A stretch of DNA of 64,000 nt from Camelus dromedarius. Its lineage: Eukaryota. The stretch's first letter is position 1, and each line of letters opens with the position of its first letter. Where the stretch lies: contig NC_087436.1 of assembly GCF_036321535.1 (NCBI RefSeq), forward strand, positions 27,716,001 through 27,780,000. The letters run 5' to 3'. This document shows positions 38,166 to 51,212 of this stretch, one piece after another. A model generated the notes under the pieces. That model had not been told where the DNA came from. It worked only from the letters and a program-made list of their open reading frames with translations, and did no database searches. Made by a program: the position numbers and the translations under genes.

Positions 38166-40999
38166 ATGAATTCATGCAGCTTAGATGTCCATGAAATTGA
38201 GCCATTTATCTGCCTACCCTTACTTGCACATATAGTGCTTTATTTCACATTTCTGAATCTTACGTAGATGTTTTATCTGACATTCATGGCCATTAAAAAA
38301 AAACAAAAGCGTGTAAATATTGACAGGTAAAAAGTTAATTCAATATATCCAAACTTTATTTGAACTTTACATTCAGAAAGTAATTGAAAACTAACAGTAA
38401 AATCATAAGATAAAAAAGATTTCCTGAACAATACTGAATAATTATGCAATTTAATTAAACATGTTACAATGTGTACTCACAAGGAACTGATACTGCAGTA
38501 TATATACGTATGTGTCTATATATTTTTCAGAATGATATGTGTGTGCAATCACAATTATTTATTATTGTTATCAATTGGGGTAGATTTTGATTATCAAAAA
38601 TAATATTGTTTTGCCTGTTTTCAAATTAATTGTATTCTGTTTTGAATGGTTGATAAGAAAGTGATTGTTGATATATACTTACCTTTCCAGTAGATGGTAG
38701 TACAGATGTTCATAAGAGAACATTCAGTAGAATATATTTTGAAGGAGAGAAGTATTTTCAAACTTGAAAATAGTATAATAAACAAACTTACTGTTAAAAT
38801 AGTATATGAATTATGAGGAATGGGAGAGTTAGAACTGTTGTCTTTAGTTTGTAAACTTGGTATTTTAGAATGGGGTGTGTGTATGTGTGTGCATTGCTTC
38901 TAGGTAAAATAAACTTAAAAACATAAAAGTACCAATCCCCAGAACACCAATCTCTAATGTTTACATGTGTTTACTACTGTAAATCCAAACACTGATTAGT
39001 TGAAAAAGCCCATTTGATTTGATGTCTCATAGTCAACACCATCTTAAATCACACACTCCAATTTTTAGTCATTGTTAATAAACAACATTGGTATTATTTG
39101 TCCCTCAAGATATTACAATGTAAATATTTTCTCTCTTTAGTTTTGTTGATATTTATGGTTTCCCTGATACTAACAACATTTTGACTTATATATATTTCAA
39201 ATCGGTAATATAGAAAAGATAAAATATTCAGAATTCATCCCTGGTAGTTTGTTAAAAAAAAAGAAAAAAGAAAAAAAAAGAATCACAGTTGGGTAGGTTT
39301 GTGGGGATAATTATAATGCCAAACAAAAGTCTGAGGAGATTATATAAAGAAGGGAGAATTCCTTGTACATTTTGAAAACTATAGATGCCTAAGAGTGATT
39401 AACAAGAAGACCTTAGCCTCTTGGTTTACATATACACCTAGAGCAATTTGTTTAGCACTTTCATGCATGGTGTGAGTCTAACTATATTTTTTATTATGGC
39501 ATATCTTTTGTACAGCCATTGAGGTTTAATTAAGCCTCAGTAGAAGCAAATTTAGAAATCACTTTACAAAACTACTTTGATTCAACTCTGTACTGCGACA
39601 TAAACCCATGTGCCCTAGAGTAATAAGCAAGTGCCTCTTTGAAGTGATGTGCATACAAAGCAGCTCGTATGTATGACTGGGGGCAGTATAATAGCTCCTC
39701 TGGGAGCAGGCCACCTGGGTCACACAAAGACAGCAGCCTGTGTGGGCCATTCTACAAGCATCTTGGTGGGCAGGGAGCCTCTGAAGCCCTAAGCCTTGCA
39801 CGAACCTTGTGCAGAAGGTCACCCTAATGCTTTAGGGTTAGGATGAAAGAATGACCTGACATTATTCTTCCAGACACTTCCAACAATAACAGTAATTTTC
39901 AATTATTCTGCAGCTCTTTTGGTTCAAACTATTGTGTTTTTCTGAACATTTCTCTTTCATGTGGATGACATGCACCTAATATATTGTTTTGTTACCTGAT
40001 ATATTTGAAGATTTCAATTTTTCTACTGTAAAGAAACTCTATTACCAGTAGTTTTCAAAGTTTGATTTGCTTATTTAAGTCTTTGTGTTCAAAGGAAAAC
40101 TTAGAGAAATTCATTATAGAAATATATGAAGTCATATTTTCTCAGGTTGATAAGAGAGGACTGGGAAGAGAATATAGAACTTCTTCCTTTCCACCCATTT
40201 TCTGTCACATCCCAGTTGGCAGAGGCAACTTGGTGGAATTCATGGAGGCTTATACAAAAATTGTGGAGAGAACACAGCATATCAACATTCATTTTTAATA
40301 TTATAAACTTAAAAGAAACAACTTATTTATAAAACCATCAAATCATGCAAAAAGTGACCAACAAAAAGCAACATTTAGGAACTGAAGTTTAATACATCTT
40401 CATATAAGAACTCATTATGCTCAACAAAACTTTCATGAAACCCTATCACTTTGAACAATTATCTATTCCCAGCCAACTTTAAATTAACATTCCCCACAAC
40501 TTCTCTTCAGCATACAGCAGAGATAACCACAAACAAATGTAAGGCCCATACAACTACATACACAAAGGCATACATACTTATAAAGACCATATAGTTTATT
40601 AAAAAGGAAATTGATTATAGCAAAGAATCTTCTGGCCACCTTCATCTGTATTTCAAACAATCTACTACAACCCTGCCCTCTCATCACAAATTATCTCTTT
40701 ACCATCATCCTTTATTTTCACAAGGAAGATGCTTCCTCTTCTCCTGGGAGTCTCCCCTCCTCCTGCACTTCAGGTGATTAACACAAAAATACTGCTATAG
40801 CCTACAAATTGCAAATTAGTCTCCATATTCCCTATGTCTCTTTTTTACCTCTCCAAATCTATTTTGTGCAATACTCCTACTTAGATGATTTTATATGTAC
40901 ATGTCTGTGAATATATACCATTATGTTATATATATTTATAATATATACATATAATATGAATATACATAATTCTACTTCTTGCTGAATTGAAACCTTCAC

Positions 41000-41452
41000 A
41001 AACCTGGTCAAGCTATCTTTTGACTCTTAACACACTTACTCTCTGAAACTTATTATAAAGTTTACACAAGTTGTACTTTTTGATCTTTTTGATATTCTGC
41101 AGCAAATCTTAACTTGTTAACCCTTCTGTAGCTTTCTACATCCTATCAGTTCTGCCTGACATGCCCACTATCCATTTAGTAAAATCTGATCCATTGTTTT
41201 ATGTCTCACTCAAAGGGCATCTTTAAATTCAAACAGTCACTCATAAATCCACTTGGAAGAATCTATTACCTTCTGAAATCCTAAGAACATGATATAATTT
41301 TCATGGTGATTTGCATACTTTCCTTATTGTAATTTTTATCTCCTATACTTGAATTCAAGCTCATGAAATTGTGTAGCTTTGGATTATTTATCCTTATATT
41401 CCGGATTTTCTGGCAGAGTAAATAAGAAAAAAATATTTGTTAACTGAATTTA
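41000..41452 (+). mobile_element. Decayed L2 3' end
   Basis: 'tgaattcaagctcatgaa...tttatcctt...aaatatttgttaactgaa'. Confidence 0.45.
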
Positions 41453-43015
41453 CAAATACACTAATATTAGATATTAAATAATCATTTGGGGTATAATATA
41501 GGTAGTATAGGTAACTGTGCAGAAAGTAAAAAAAGCTTTAAAAATTTTTGACAATCAGTTCTGGAAAATAATATTTAAATTTAAAAAATTACCTCAATGT
41601 CAAATATAAAAATATATTCTGTTTATAAGATCCTATTGCTTCTCTGTTATGTATATAATCTAATAACATATTACCATAAATTCTAATTTACAATCAGTTT
41701 TTAAAAATACTTACAATGTTTTGATCATTTTATATTATTTCTCTATCATAGCAGAAGCAAACTCAGACCTACATTTGTGTGGGTGTTTATAATACAAAGT
41801 GGGTGATAATATGGAAGATGGAATAGATAGATACACAAAAGTCTTATTCCATGGCAACAGTAGTAATAAATATTTACCTTTACTTTTTGCCTTTTTATAA
41901 TCAATAGTCTTCAGAAAAGTTTGCATCTGTTTTCTTGCTCTTTAGGCCATAAATCGGTGATGTAAAAGTTATATTTATGACACTATGACTTAATCGCTAA
42001 AAACGTGTTCTAATTTAACTACATGACCAAAGTACAGTCAGGATATTAATCATATTCACCTTTTAAACCTGAAAAAAATCAACTGTACCTTCATGAATAA
42101 TTTTCTGTATTAAAGTTGGTTAACTCAAAAATATGAGGTATTGTTCTTGAAGAAATGTGTCTATTCAAATAATTTGTTTTCTAGGGTTAATGACTTGTGA
42201 AGTTGTTATCAGTTTATGTCCAGGATTACAAAGTTGGCTCTCGGGAGTTTTAGATCAGTCTGGCTCTTTGTTTAGGATTAAGCTGTGTTCTTCTCAAGTG
42301 ATTAGCTATTCCTTGGCTACTTATTCAACACACTTTTATGAAAGTAAGATTTTTAGAAGTAGATGAGACTAATGAAAAGTATTATAACAATGTCTCATTT
42401 TTAAGTTGTAAAATCCATTTTGAAAAAAACAACTAAGCAGTAGTGGAAAACATTTTAAAACTGAGAGGCAAAATATATGAGGAGATTTAAACATAAACAC
42501 TGAAGAAAAGAGTTGTATCTTATTGTTGAAGTTACTTCTACTAAGCAGCATCTTTTTAAAAAGTGTTTTGGATACAGAAGGTTATTCACAGAAATAAAAA
42601 CAAATTAAAACCTCTGTACCTTTTGAAAACATAAAAGAACAAAAGAAGATTTTTCCTGGATTTTCATGACTAATCCATTGTCTAGATATCTATTTATATT
42701 TAAAGTTTATGTTTCATGAACTTAGCTGCAGGATTCCGGCATTTTGCATGACATTTTCCATCAGATCTGACTTCTAGGGATGCTGACTCTGAAGTATGTC
42801 CACAGACTTATAGCTACTGTGTGATCTGTTAAGGGATGGATAACATAATATGCAGCCTGGAATGCTACTTGAGATGTATGATATTCATTTCATTCACTTG
42901 ATTACTTTGGTCTAGTTGCAGGGCACCTGTATATATTGTACAACCTAAATCAGTTCTTAGTTTCATTGTCCTAACGCAGTGACATATAATTAGAGCATGT
43001 TTCATAAGTTTACCC

Positions 43016-43050
43016 TTTCAATCCATGAAATGGGTTTTCATGGATTGAAA
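43016..43050. repeat. Perfect 15-bp inverted repeat with a 5-nt spacer
   Basis: tttcaatccatgaaa-tgggt-tttcatggattgaaa. Confidence 0.95.
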
Positions 43051-43179
43051 ATAGTGCACATGGTGAGTGGCAAAAGCTACAAAGAGCTGCCTAGAAATCA
43101 TGTACGTTTTGCATCAAATATTGTTCCTTTACGCACAACTATTGGACAGTAGGAGAAAAGAGGGCTTACAAAAAAAAAA

Positions 43180-43615
43180 TGAGGCCTAAGCATTACCCTT
43201 TCCCTAAAATAGGACCAAGAATCAAGCCATCTTGACAAAATTCTTTAATGTTCTCTGAATTAACTTTCTTATCTTCTCTAAGTAATCCTGTTTGAGGTCA
43301 GGGCTAGGTGCAATGTGAGGTCATTGCTAATTCTGTGGCTTCCTGGTCAATCACTTCTTGGCTTCATCTCCTCTAGTGTTTGGTCTTTGCCAGTCTAGAC
43401 TCTGCCTAAGAAAGGCACTTACATCTTATGTTGTCTCATTTCATTTTTAGAAATGTCGTCAATTGTTAATCTGTGGGACATAGTTATGTAGTCAATAGCT
43501 TGAGCTAAACAAGACTCTTGGGGACGTAGTTGGTAGTTCTCCCCCTGACAGTGAATAAAATCTCCCACATGCTCATGTCTTTTCTGGTCACTCATAAGCA
43601 ATTCCGAGACCTACA
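43180..43615 (+). mobile_element. Probable solo LTR, family not recognised
   Basis: TG start, AATAAA at ~43554-43559 and a CA end ('gagacctaca') about 55 bp later. GC content is raised versus the flanks. Confidence 0.4.
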
Positions 43616-44019
43616 GTCAATTTAAATTACAAATATAGTCTCAATTTAGTAAGCAAAATGTTTCAGAACTGATAGTCCAAACTCCTAGCCTGAATGCAAA
43701 TTAACAGCTTCTCTTTTTCACTTACATTTCCTGATATCTCTCGAGTTGAAACATAGGGAAGGAAGGGAATAATTTAGCTCCACTGAAGGATTTCTTTGCC
43801 TCCTTCTCAGCAAGAAACTTATTTAGATTACACTTTAGATAATGCATATAGATTCTTCAGAGGCCTTGGGCCTCTCCATAATAACTTTCTAGACAAAAGC
43901 AACACTACTTTTTTTAGCTGGCCAGTCCAATTCTACCTAAATATCTGTCCCTTTTAGTACATTCCATGGCCTCTAACTGCTGGATTGTTGTGGATTTTTC
44001 CTTTGTTCTTGAGGGAGGG

Positions 44020-44532
44020 TGAATTTATTGTGGTGGCAGTAATGGAAGCTATGCATGGGCTTAACAGCATCAGGTCGCTCAAGATGGATTTGGTGACTGC
44101 CACTCCTGAGTTTGTGTCCTAAAGCAATGGAGACCAATGCTGACCCTGAAACCAACTTATGCAGAGATCAGCCAACCACTTGATAGAAAATCGTAGTATC
44201 AGTCACCTGCAGCCCTGGAACTGGCAAATTTTCCTTCTGACTGGGACGGGCATAGGTTTGCCTTTCCTTCCCAAACTATGTCATTGTGTGTATTCACGAG
44301 AGTCTTACGAGATCTTGAACGATATCTCCTCGGCCTAAAGGGACAAATTTACAGCTGAGGAAACACAGCAGTGCTTACAGAACATTTAATTAACTGGCCC
44401 TACCACATAGCACACCATTCACAAGCTGCTAGACATTTGGTGGGAGGGAATGGCTTCTTAAAGGTACAGCTGATTTACCAGCTTAGAGATGAGACTTTGT
44501 AAAGATGGGACACTATCCTTCAGGATGTGGTT
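44020..44532 (+). mobile_element. ERVL/MaLR internal region, integrase remnant
   Basis: Manual translation gives CGGSNGSYAWA*QH (from 44029) and WPYHIAHHSQAARHLVGGNGFLKVQL (from 44395). These match ERVL integrase HGGRDGGYAWAQQH and WSYHVPHHPEAAGLIERWNGLLK.QL. Confidence 0.85.
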
Positions 44533-44534
44533 TC

Positions 44535-44670
44535 AGTTGGAGACCTTGAACAGAGACCTCAACTAAGCTATGCTCAGACTTCTGACTTATAGAAACTGCG
44601 GTCATAGGTAAGTGTTGTTTCAATCAGCTCACTTTGTGGTAATCTATTACACAGCATAGAGCCCTAATCA
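44535..44670 (+). mobile_element. MLT1-family LTR, 3' part
   Basis: 'aactaagctatgctcagacttctgacttatagaaactg...gtgttgtttcaa...tttgtggtaatctattacacagca'. Confidence 0.75.
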
Positions 44671-44671
44671 A

Positions 44672-44763
44672 CCCCCTCTTTCATTGAAAGCACTCCACTA
44701 ATAAATCACTTGAACAAAATTCTTCATCTTAGATTTTTCTTCTCAGGAACCTAATCTAAGAAA
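44672..44763 (+). mobile_element. ERVL LTR 3' end (LTR16/MLT1J-like)
   Basis: 'aataaatcacttgaaca...catcttagatttttcttctcaggaacctaatctaaga'. Confidence 0.6.
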
Positions 44764-45199
44764 CCATCTCAGATAGGATCTCTTTTCATTCCTACTATGA
44801 TTGTTTCATCTGATGTCCAGGATTCATGTGTATTCGATCTGCTGTCAGAAGGCAATACAGTTATTTCCCTGACACCAGCTTTTATTCTGTTGATTAAGTC
44901 ATGTTCTTTTTCTAACATGGGAGTCATACACTTCCTCTGCATCTATCCAGCCACAAAAAGTGTCTATCAATTCAATGGCTAGTCCACTTGAAGCCTCTCC
45001 ACTAATTTTGCATTTAGGGAATAGAATCCCTCATATCTTCCTCACAAGACATAGCAAATGAGTTTCATGGCATAATTTTTTTAAAGAAATCTTTCTAATC
45101 AAATATATCTAATTACTAATATCCTAGAACACTGATACACTTGTTATAGAATCTGGACTCTATAGTAACTTTATGCCTTATTTACTTACCTAAGTTGCA

Positions 45200-45852
45200 A
45201 CTATAATTATAAGAACTTATTTTTTCCTTTGGTGGCTCCATATAAAGGGTGGTCACATGAGAAGTTTGTGTGAAATTTTAAAGTTGGAAGTGAAGCAGCA
45301 GCCATTGCAAGGTGAGAGTGTTACGGCATGCCGAGTATCACTGTAACTCAACACATTTTCCCACTTGTGTTGGCTCACCTTGGTGATATGGGACAACAGG
45401 TGGGTCCACAGCCAATTCCTCATCTCTAGCAGTAACTCAGCCTCTAAGTTGGGAACTGGTGTAGCCCTGTAGCAAAGGATTCTGGCTTCTTCTGTAGGTT
45501 AACCATATCACTGATAATTGGGTACAGTGGTTTCAGTTCATCCTTGCAGGTTTCAGATTGTCCTCGTGAGTTCTAATTTATCCTCACTCTCCATTGCTTC
45601 ACATCCAACTTTTCTTAGTAACTGCGAACTCTGCTGACCTACAGGACCTTCATGCTCACCAACACACGCAGAGGGACAGCCCTTTATAGACTTCATTACC
45701 AGCTCCCACAACTGTGTAAAGCCCAATCTTTACAATAATTTATGTAATTTTGTACGAAGTGTGTATAATTCATACATATTTTGTATGTTTGAAGATCATA
45801 TATCACTCATACTGGTTCCACTTTCTTGTTCAAATCTTAACGGTTCTGGACA
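45200..45852 (+). mobile_element. ERVL LTR (LTR33/LTR41-like)
   Basis: 'aagttggaagtgaagcagcagccatt' and the 3' end 'cagctcccacaactgtgtaa...tatcactcatactggttcc'. Confidence 0.65.
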
Positions 45853-46049
45853 CTGACTTTGAAATTTCTACAAGACAGTGTGAATCTGATATTAATAGTA
45901 TTGTAATACCATGTTTGCATTTTGTAACATATGCGTTTTACATAGAATTCAGATTTCTACTGCATTTGATCATTAACAATACGGCATCCAGTGTCTATCT
46001 GTAGCATTTGTCAGTATTTTTTATTCAACATTTAATGCTATGCCCCTTT

Positions 46050-46690
46050 AGTCACAGGAATTTTTACCCAGGCATGCAGGTGACCCACCAGCTGCCAGGT
46101 TCCTCCTCCTGCCATCTGCTGGGCTGAAGCATTGTGTCCTACTTGGGTTATGAAATCAATTTCCCCTTCCAATGAACCATCAGCTTAATCCTCAGTGCAA
46201 GGGTGACCACTAAGTGATTGCAACCTTCACGCCAGGAACTGCCCTGTTAACACCCAGACCAGGGGTAAGCTAGAGGCTCAAAGATGCTCATCAAACAGTC
46301 TATGACACTGCCAGCCCAGGGGGCAGATGGCAACCACCTCCTTTCTGAGATACCATGGAGTATGTAGGTCTGATTTCTCCCCTCCCAATGTCTGTACCCA
46401 ATTCCCAGAGTGGGATAGGAGGCAATAGCAGAACACAGGCTTCCTCTACCCCACCCCTTGCCTACAGGAACAAGTCAGGGGTAGACAGTAGTAGAAGTCT
46501 TGGGACAGAGACAGATAGTGGGGAACCAAGCAGATCCTGGGACACCAAGAGGTGGGAAAAAAAGTTGTCAAGAATGCATCCTGGGAAGACAAAAGGAGGA
46601 GTTGGAAGATGAGTGGGACTATGGTGAACCAAGTGACCAAGTCCTGGGGCATGTTTATTATCCCATTGGAATTCACTTAGAGATCAAGTT
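46050..46690 (+). mobile_element. Putative ancient Gypsy-type LTR (MamGypLTR-like, to 46307) plus start of internal sequence
   Basis: 'aagtgattgcaaccttcacgccaggaac...ccagaccagggg...tgaca' recalls MamGypLTR2-type 3' ends. It is followed at once by a PBS-like tgccagcccagggggc. Confidence 0.45.
46109..46122 (-). promoter_or_regulatory. CTCF core motif match (CCAGCAGATGGCAG)
   Basis: The plus strand reads ctgccatctgctgg, which fits the CCASYAGRKGGCRS consensus. Binding is not demonstrable from sequence. Confidence 0.45.
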
Positions 46691-46694
46691 CAAA

Positions 46695-46815
46695 GGTAAA
46701 ATTATTATGAGTTTCAAGATAGTGAACAGAGAGCATTTAATCCCAAGCATGGAAGGCCTTTTGAGTGTGGGGCCCTGTGCAGCTGCACTGATCACACACC
46801 TAGAAAGCCAGCCTG
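46695..46815 (-). mobile_element. MER45-like hAT-Tip100 fragment
   Basis: 'aaaattattatgagtttcaaga...gagcatttaa...ccaagca...gagtgtggggccctgtgcagctgcac...aagccagcctg' is the reverse complement of the MER45 5' end. Confidence 0.75.
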
Positions 46816-48649
46816 ATGTCTATACATGGGGCCAAGAGAAAATACCTCTCTTTATCTAGCTTTTAAGAGAAATGCATCACTATAATGTAGTTTAAGTAGT
46901 ATTTGTCTGGAAAACCATGTATGGTTGTCCAATGTTCTATATATGGTCAAACAACAATTAAAAATAAAGTTTCCACATTTAACTGAGAGTAGTTAGGCAA
47001 AAGTATAATAGAATTCAGCAGAAAGTGAAATTTTACAAATGTTTTCTCTGAACTCAGTCTTAATATGAATGATAGAATTTCAATAGTTGAAGTGCAAGAA
47101 AGGCAAACGTACATTATGTCATTGAAGGTCACTGCATTTATTTAGTGACTAGTATAGAAATCCCATTGCAAATGTGTTCACTTTCAAAACTGGTAAGCTG
47201 AGCAACCTATTTGTTGTCAAGACTAACTCCCCAGGTAGTTTGGCTCTGCTGTTACAGGAATCCATATTCATATCCCATTCTCGTTCTCTGAAACACACAC
47301 CATAGTAACATAGATATAACATCAGATTTTAATTCCATAAAAGTTTTGAGTTCTTGGTCTCAATTCTGTTTCAGGCTGACCTATTTAACAGAAAACTAAA
47401 GTCACCTCTGGGGGATATATCTTTATATAAGCAAGTCGGACAAAAGATTTAGGGAAGGGCACACAGCCACTAGTTGAGGCAGTGAAAAGCTCATTTAAGA
47501 AGATCAATCAGGAAATAATTAGCCTCAAGGTATTTGAAAGTGAAATAGCCAGTTTGGGATTAGAGGTGAGAGAGAGAAAAAGAGGGTCAAGGTTCCTGAG
47601 GATGTTTTTATCTCTAACAATCCTGATTTAGTCTCCAAGGAATACGAGCTGCCTATCATCCTCATTTTTAAAAGTCTTCTTCAGATGCAAAATTTTATTT
47701 CTCTTTCTCTTTGTTAGAGTAGCAAAAATGAGCTTTTCTAATGGCCTGACATGTCAATAAAATGGCGTATTCCCTCAATTATAAAGCCTATCATTATGCA
47801 TGAGGAATGAAGGTTGTAAATCAAGATTAAAAATATTAGCAGTTTAAATTTCATATAACATTTGCAAAAGAGAAGTGAAACGGTTTAAGAAATAGTTGTA
47901 CTCTAACAGATAATATTGCCTAAAAAGGCAATCTGGCTAAAGTTGAATTTATGTAGAATCAGATACAACTTATTTGTTTCAGATGCTCCAGATCTTCTCG
48001 GGGTCTCATCTAAAAGGACTTAGCACACCAGTTGGCATTCTAACAGATGGTGGCCCATCTGAAACATGCCAGATCATCCTCTTCTTTTCTCTCTTTTGCT
48101 ATTTCATTCACTCTTTCTAATGTTTATTATTCCTTTTGACTCTGTTTTTCTTTCTCATGCTCTTTTATTCTCCTACTATCTTATTCCTCCACTATTTCTT
48201 TTTTTTAACTAAGTGCAAAACCAATTGCCTTTTTTTCAGATATCAAAAGAATATGCTCTGCCATTGGCCGGTAATTTTGTCTTATGAGATCACTTGGTTG
48301 ATTCCACTGTGTGTTATGTTCTTCTTATTGCTTCCAATTGATAGCTATGTTCTAAGAAACAGGAAAAAATAGACATCGATAATATATTTTAGTTATGATA
48401 CTGTTTTTGCTCCTGCATTCTTTTGCACTCAGATAAGCTTGCTCGTTGATATTTAATGCATTTTTCAAGCCTTTTTATTTATTGGTATTCTTCTCACCTT
48501 TCCCAGTAAACATAAGAGCGTAGCTTCAATTTATCTTGCTGCTTTTTTTCCCCTTCCCTTCCATAAAATTAATGAACAAATTCGGTGTTCAAACACAGCA
48601 ACCATATTAGCCCTTATGGTGTGCATATGATATCCTGATTCAAAATCAA

Positions 48650-49110
48650 ATATATATATTGAATATATTATATTTTACAGAATTAAGATGAACAGAAGGT
48701 GGTCACTTCACTCAAGTAGCTTATGGTCTATTGAAAGAGAGGGCTAAAAAACGGGTCCATTGCAGTCCTGTGTTTCATATTCTACAGTAGAGGTAAGCAG
48801 ATGATGTCATCATAGTCAATAAGAGGGGCACCTGTTTCTCAAAGTCAAGGATAGTGACATCTTAGCTGTGTCCTGAAGGACATAGAGGAGTTTACCAGCT
48901 GCAGAAGAGGGAGGAGAATCCCATGCAGACCAAGAAGGATGTGCAAATGTGAGAAACAGAATGACATATTCTAGAACTTAATCTGCCAGGAAAATAGTGA
49001 AAGTATGTGACTGGGCAGAAGAAAGAAGAGAGAGATTGACAAGCGATGAGAATGAAAAGAGAAACTTGACAGGAGGAGTCAAATATTCAAATACCTTTCA
49101 GGGTCAAACC
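48650..49110 (-). mobile_element. L2 fragment
   Basis: 'ctcaagtagcttatggtcta', 'gtgacatcttagctgtgtcctgaagga...aggagtttacca' and 'gatgtgcaaa'. Confidence 0.6.
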
Positions 49111-49214
49111 TTAAAAAGCAATAAACTTTTCCTTATATGGATGAAAATAAACTGTGAGAATATAATACAATAGAAACCAATATGAAATTATGGTTTATAA
49201 AACTATTGCTTCTA

Positions 49215-49725
49215 AGTCACAATTCCATTTTTCTATGCTCTGCTCGGTAAATGCTGAGACTGAGATTCTGCAAACTATGTGTCTAGGCTGACAGCTGACT
49301 TCTGGTTAGACTGTGATGACACGGGATTTAGAGAGTGACTGAAAGGTGGAAGGAGAACAGGAGACATTATTATTTTTTTGCTGTTGGTCCCACAAGAAAT
49401 CTCTTCAGCAATTTGGTGGTCCTAGCCTCTGGCTTCTCTTAGCATTACTAGAACAAGCCTTACTGCACTCCCTCAAAAGGGCCAGCAGCAGCCTGAGCTC
49501 CAGCTCTGAAAGCTGTTTCCCCCACCGCACTAAAACCTGATGAACTCAACCTTTCCCCCTTATATCTCCAAACTTCGGGCTCATAGCTGCTCCCTGCAAT
49601 TCCCATGGTGTCACTCCGTGTTTTTGGTCTGGTGTCAGTACTGTAACAGTTACCTAGCCTATGTCAAATGAAATACCTTCTGTTTAAAGATTTACCATGT
49701 ATTCTGTTTTCTGGCTGATGCAGCA
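49215..49725 (+). mobile_element. ERVL LTR (LTR33-like)
   Basis: 'ttctatgctctgctc...gctgagactgagattctgcaaacta' and the 3' end 'aaataccttctgtttaaa...ttctgttttctggctgatgca'. Confidence 0.65.
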
Positions 49726-50793
49726 ACATAACTTAAATTCAAAATCTTAAAGCATGCCCACTTAAAATATAGAAATAAATCATTGTCAAAGATTACTTTT
49801 ATAGTCGCTTTGGAACAGAACTCTGATTTTTTTTTTTCTGCACAATGATGTTAGTATCAATTCTTGTAATTAGATTTCTGATTTACAGGTCAGAATTTAT
49901 TCTTGAATTCTTCAGTTGAAATTAGGGCTTTAGGTACTGGTTATTTTTGGTTGTTTTGTGTTCTTTATGGTTTATTTGAGTTTTATAATGGAAAATGGCT
50001 CTTGGAAAGTTGTTCTTAAAATACAACTAGCCTTGTGCCTTATAACCAATTTTTTTTTTGTAACATCAATGAAGAGGCTATTGTCAGCAGAATTTGAGCA
50101 ACAGAAATGATATAAAAGAATGTTCTATAGATTATGTAATAATAAATAATTGTAATGATTTATTAAAATTTGTTACTGTTACAACCCTGTTAATAAAATG
50201 TTATGAGTTTACAAATTATTAATCATCTATTTAAGTAGCATATTATCAACCATAATTGTCTTTATTACCTAATTTAAGCTTCCTGATAATGTATAAATGC
50301 CTCAAAATACATTACAATTCCTGTAGTAGATTCAGAAAATGGTTACTTTCCTAACTTTTGTTTGCCAGGTAACCTGTTTCTATTTCAAATTAATATGGTA
50401 TTTTGCTAATTAATAGAAGTAATACCTAATAATGTTATTTTTAATTTATACTTTAAATTATAATACTCAGACTTTTCTAACAAAATGTATCATAGTTTTT
50501 CATTATCTTTAAACTATTCTTTTCTTACTTTTACTTTTTGAAGAATACAAATGACAAACTTCAGGATTTAAATTATTGTTAAACCATATATTAGACTACT
50601 CATTTTACTAGGATGAGATTGGTATATAGGTACATACATATACACACATACACATGTGTACATATTTTTTAATGTATAGTAAAACTAATGGCATCTCTTC
50701 TAAATCTCTGTCACAATGGTGGGGTGGTAGAGCAAGATCTAATTTTCAGCATTGGGGAAGACAGAGAAAAACGTAAGGAATAAAACATTGTCA

Positions 50794-51212
50794 GATGGAC
50801 CTGGAGATTGTCATTCTAAGTGAAGTAAGCCAAAAAGAAAAATACTTTATATCACTTATATATGGAATCTAAAAAATAGACAGACATATTTACAAAACAG
50901 AAACAGACTCACAGACATAGAAAACAAACTTATGGTTACCACGGGGGAAGGAGGCAGGAAGGGATAAACTAGGAGTTTGAGATTTGCAGATAATAATATA
51001 TATAAAATAGATAAACAACAAGTTTATACTGCATAAATATATAGGGGACTATATTTAATATCTTGTAGTAACTTATGATGAAAAAGATTATGAAAAGGAA
51101 TATATGTATGTTCACGTATGACTGAAGCATTTCGTTGTACACCAGAAATTGACACATTGTAAACTGACTATACTTCAATAAAAATATTTACATATAAAAA
51201 AAAAAAAGAAAA
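50794..51212 (+). mobile_element. Young camelid-type L1 3' end with poly(A)
   Basis: 'gatggacctggagattgtcattctaagtgaagtaagcca...atgactgaagcatt...tacaccagaaattgacaca...cttcaataaaa' plus an A-tail. Near-identical family to 52402-53505. Confidence 0.9.
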
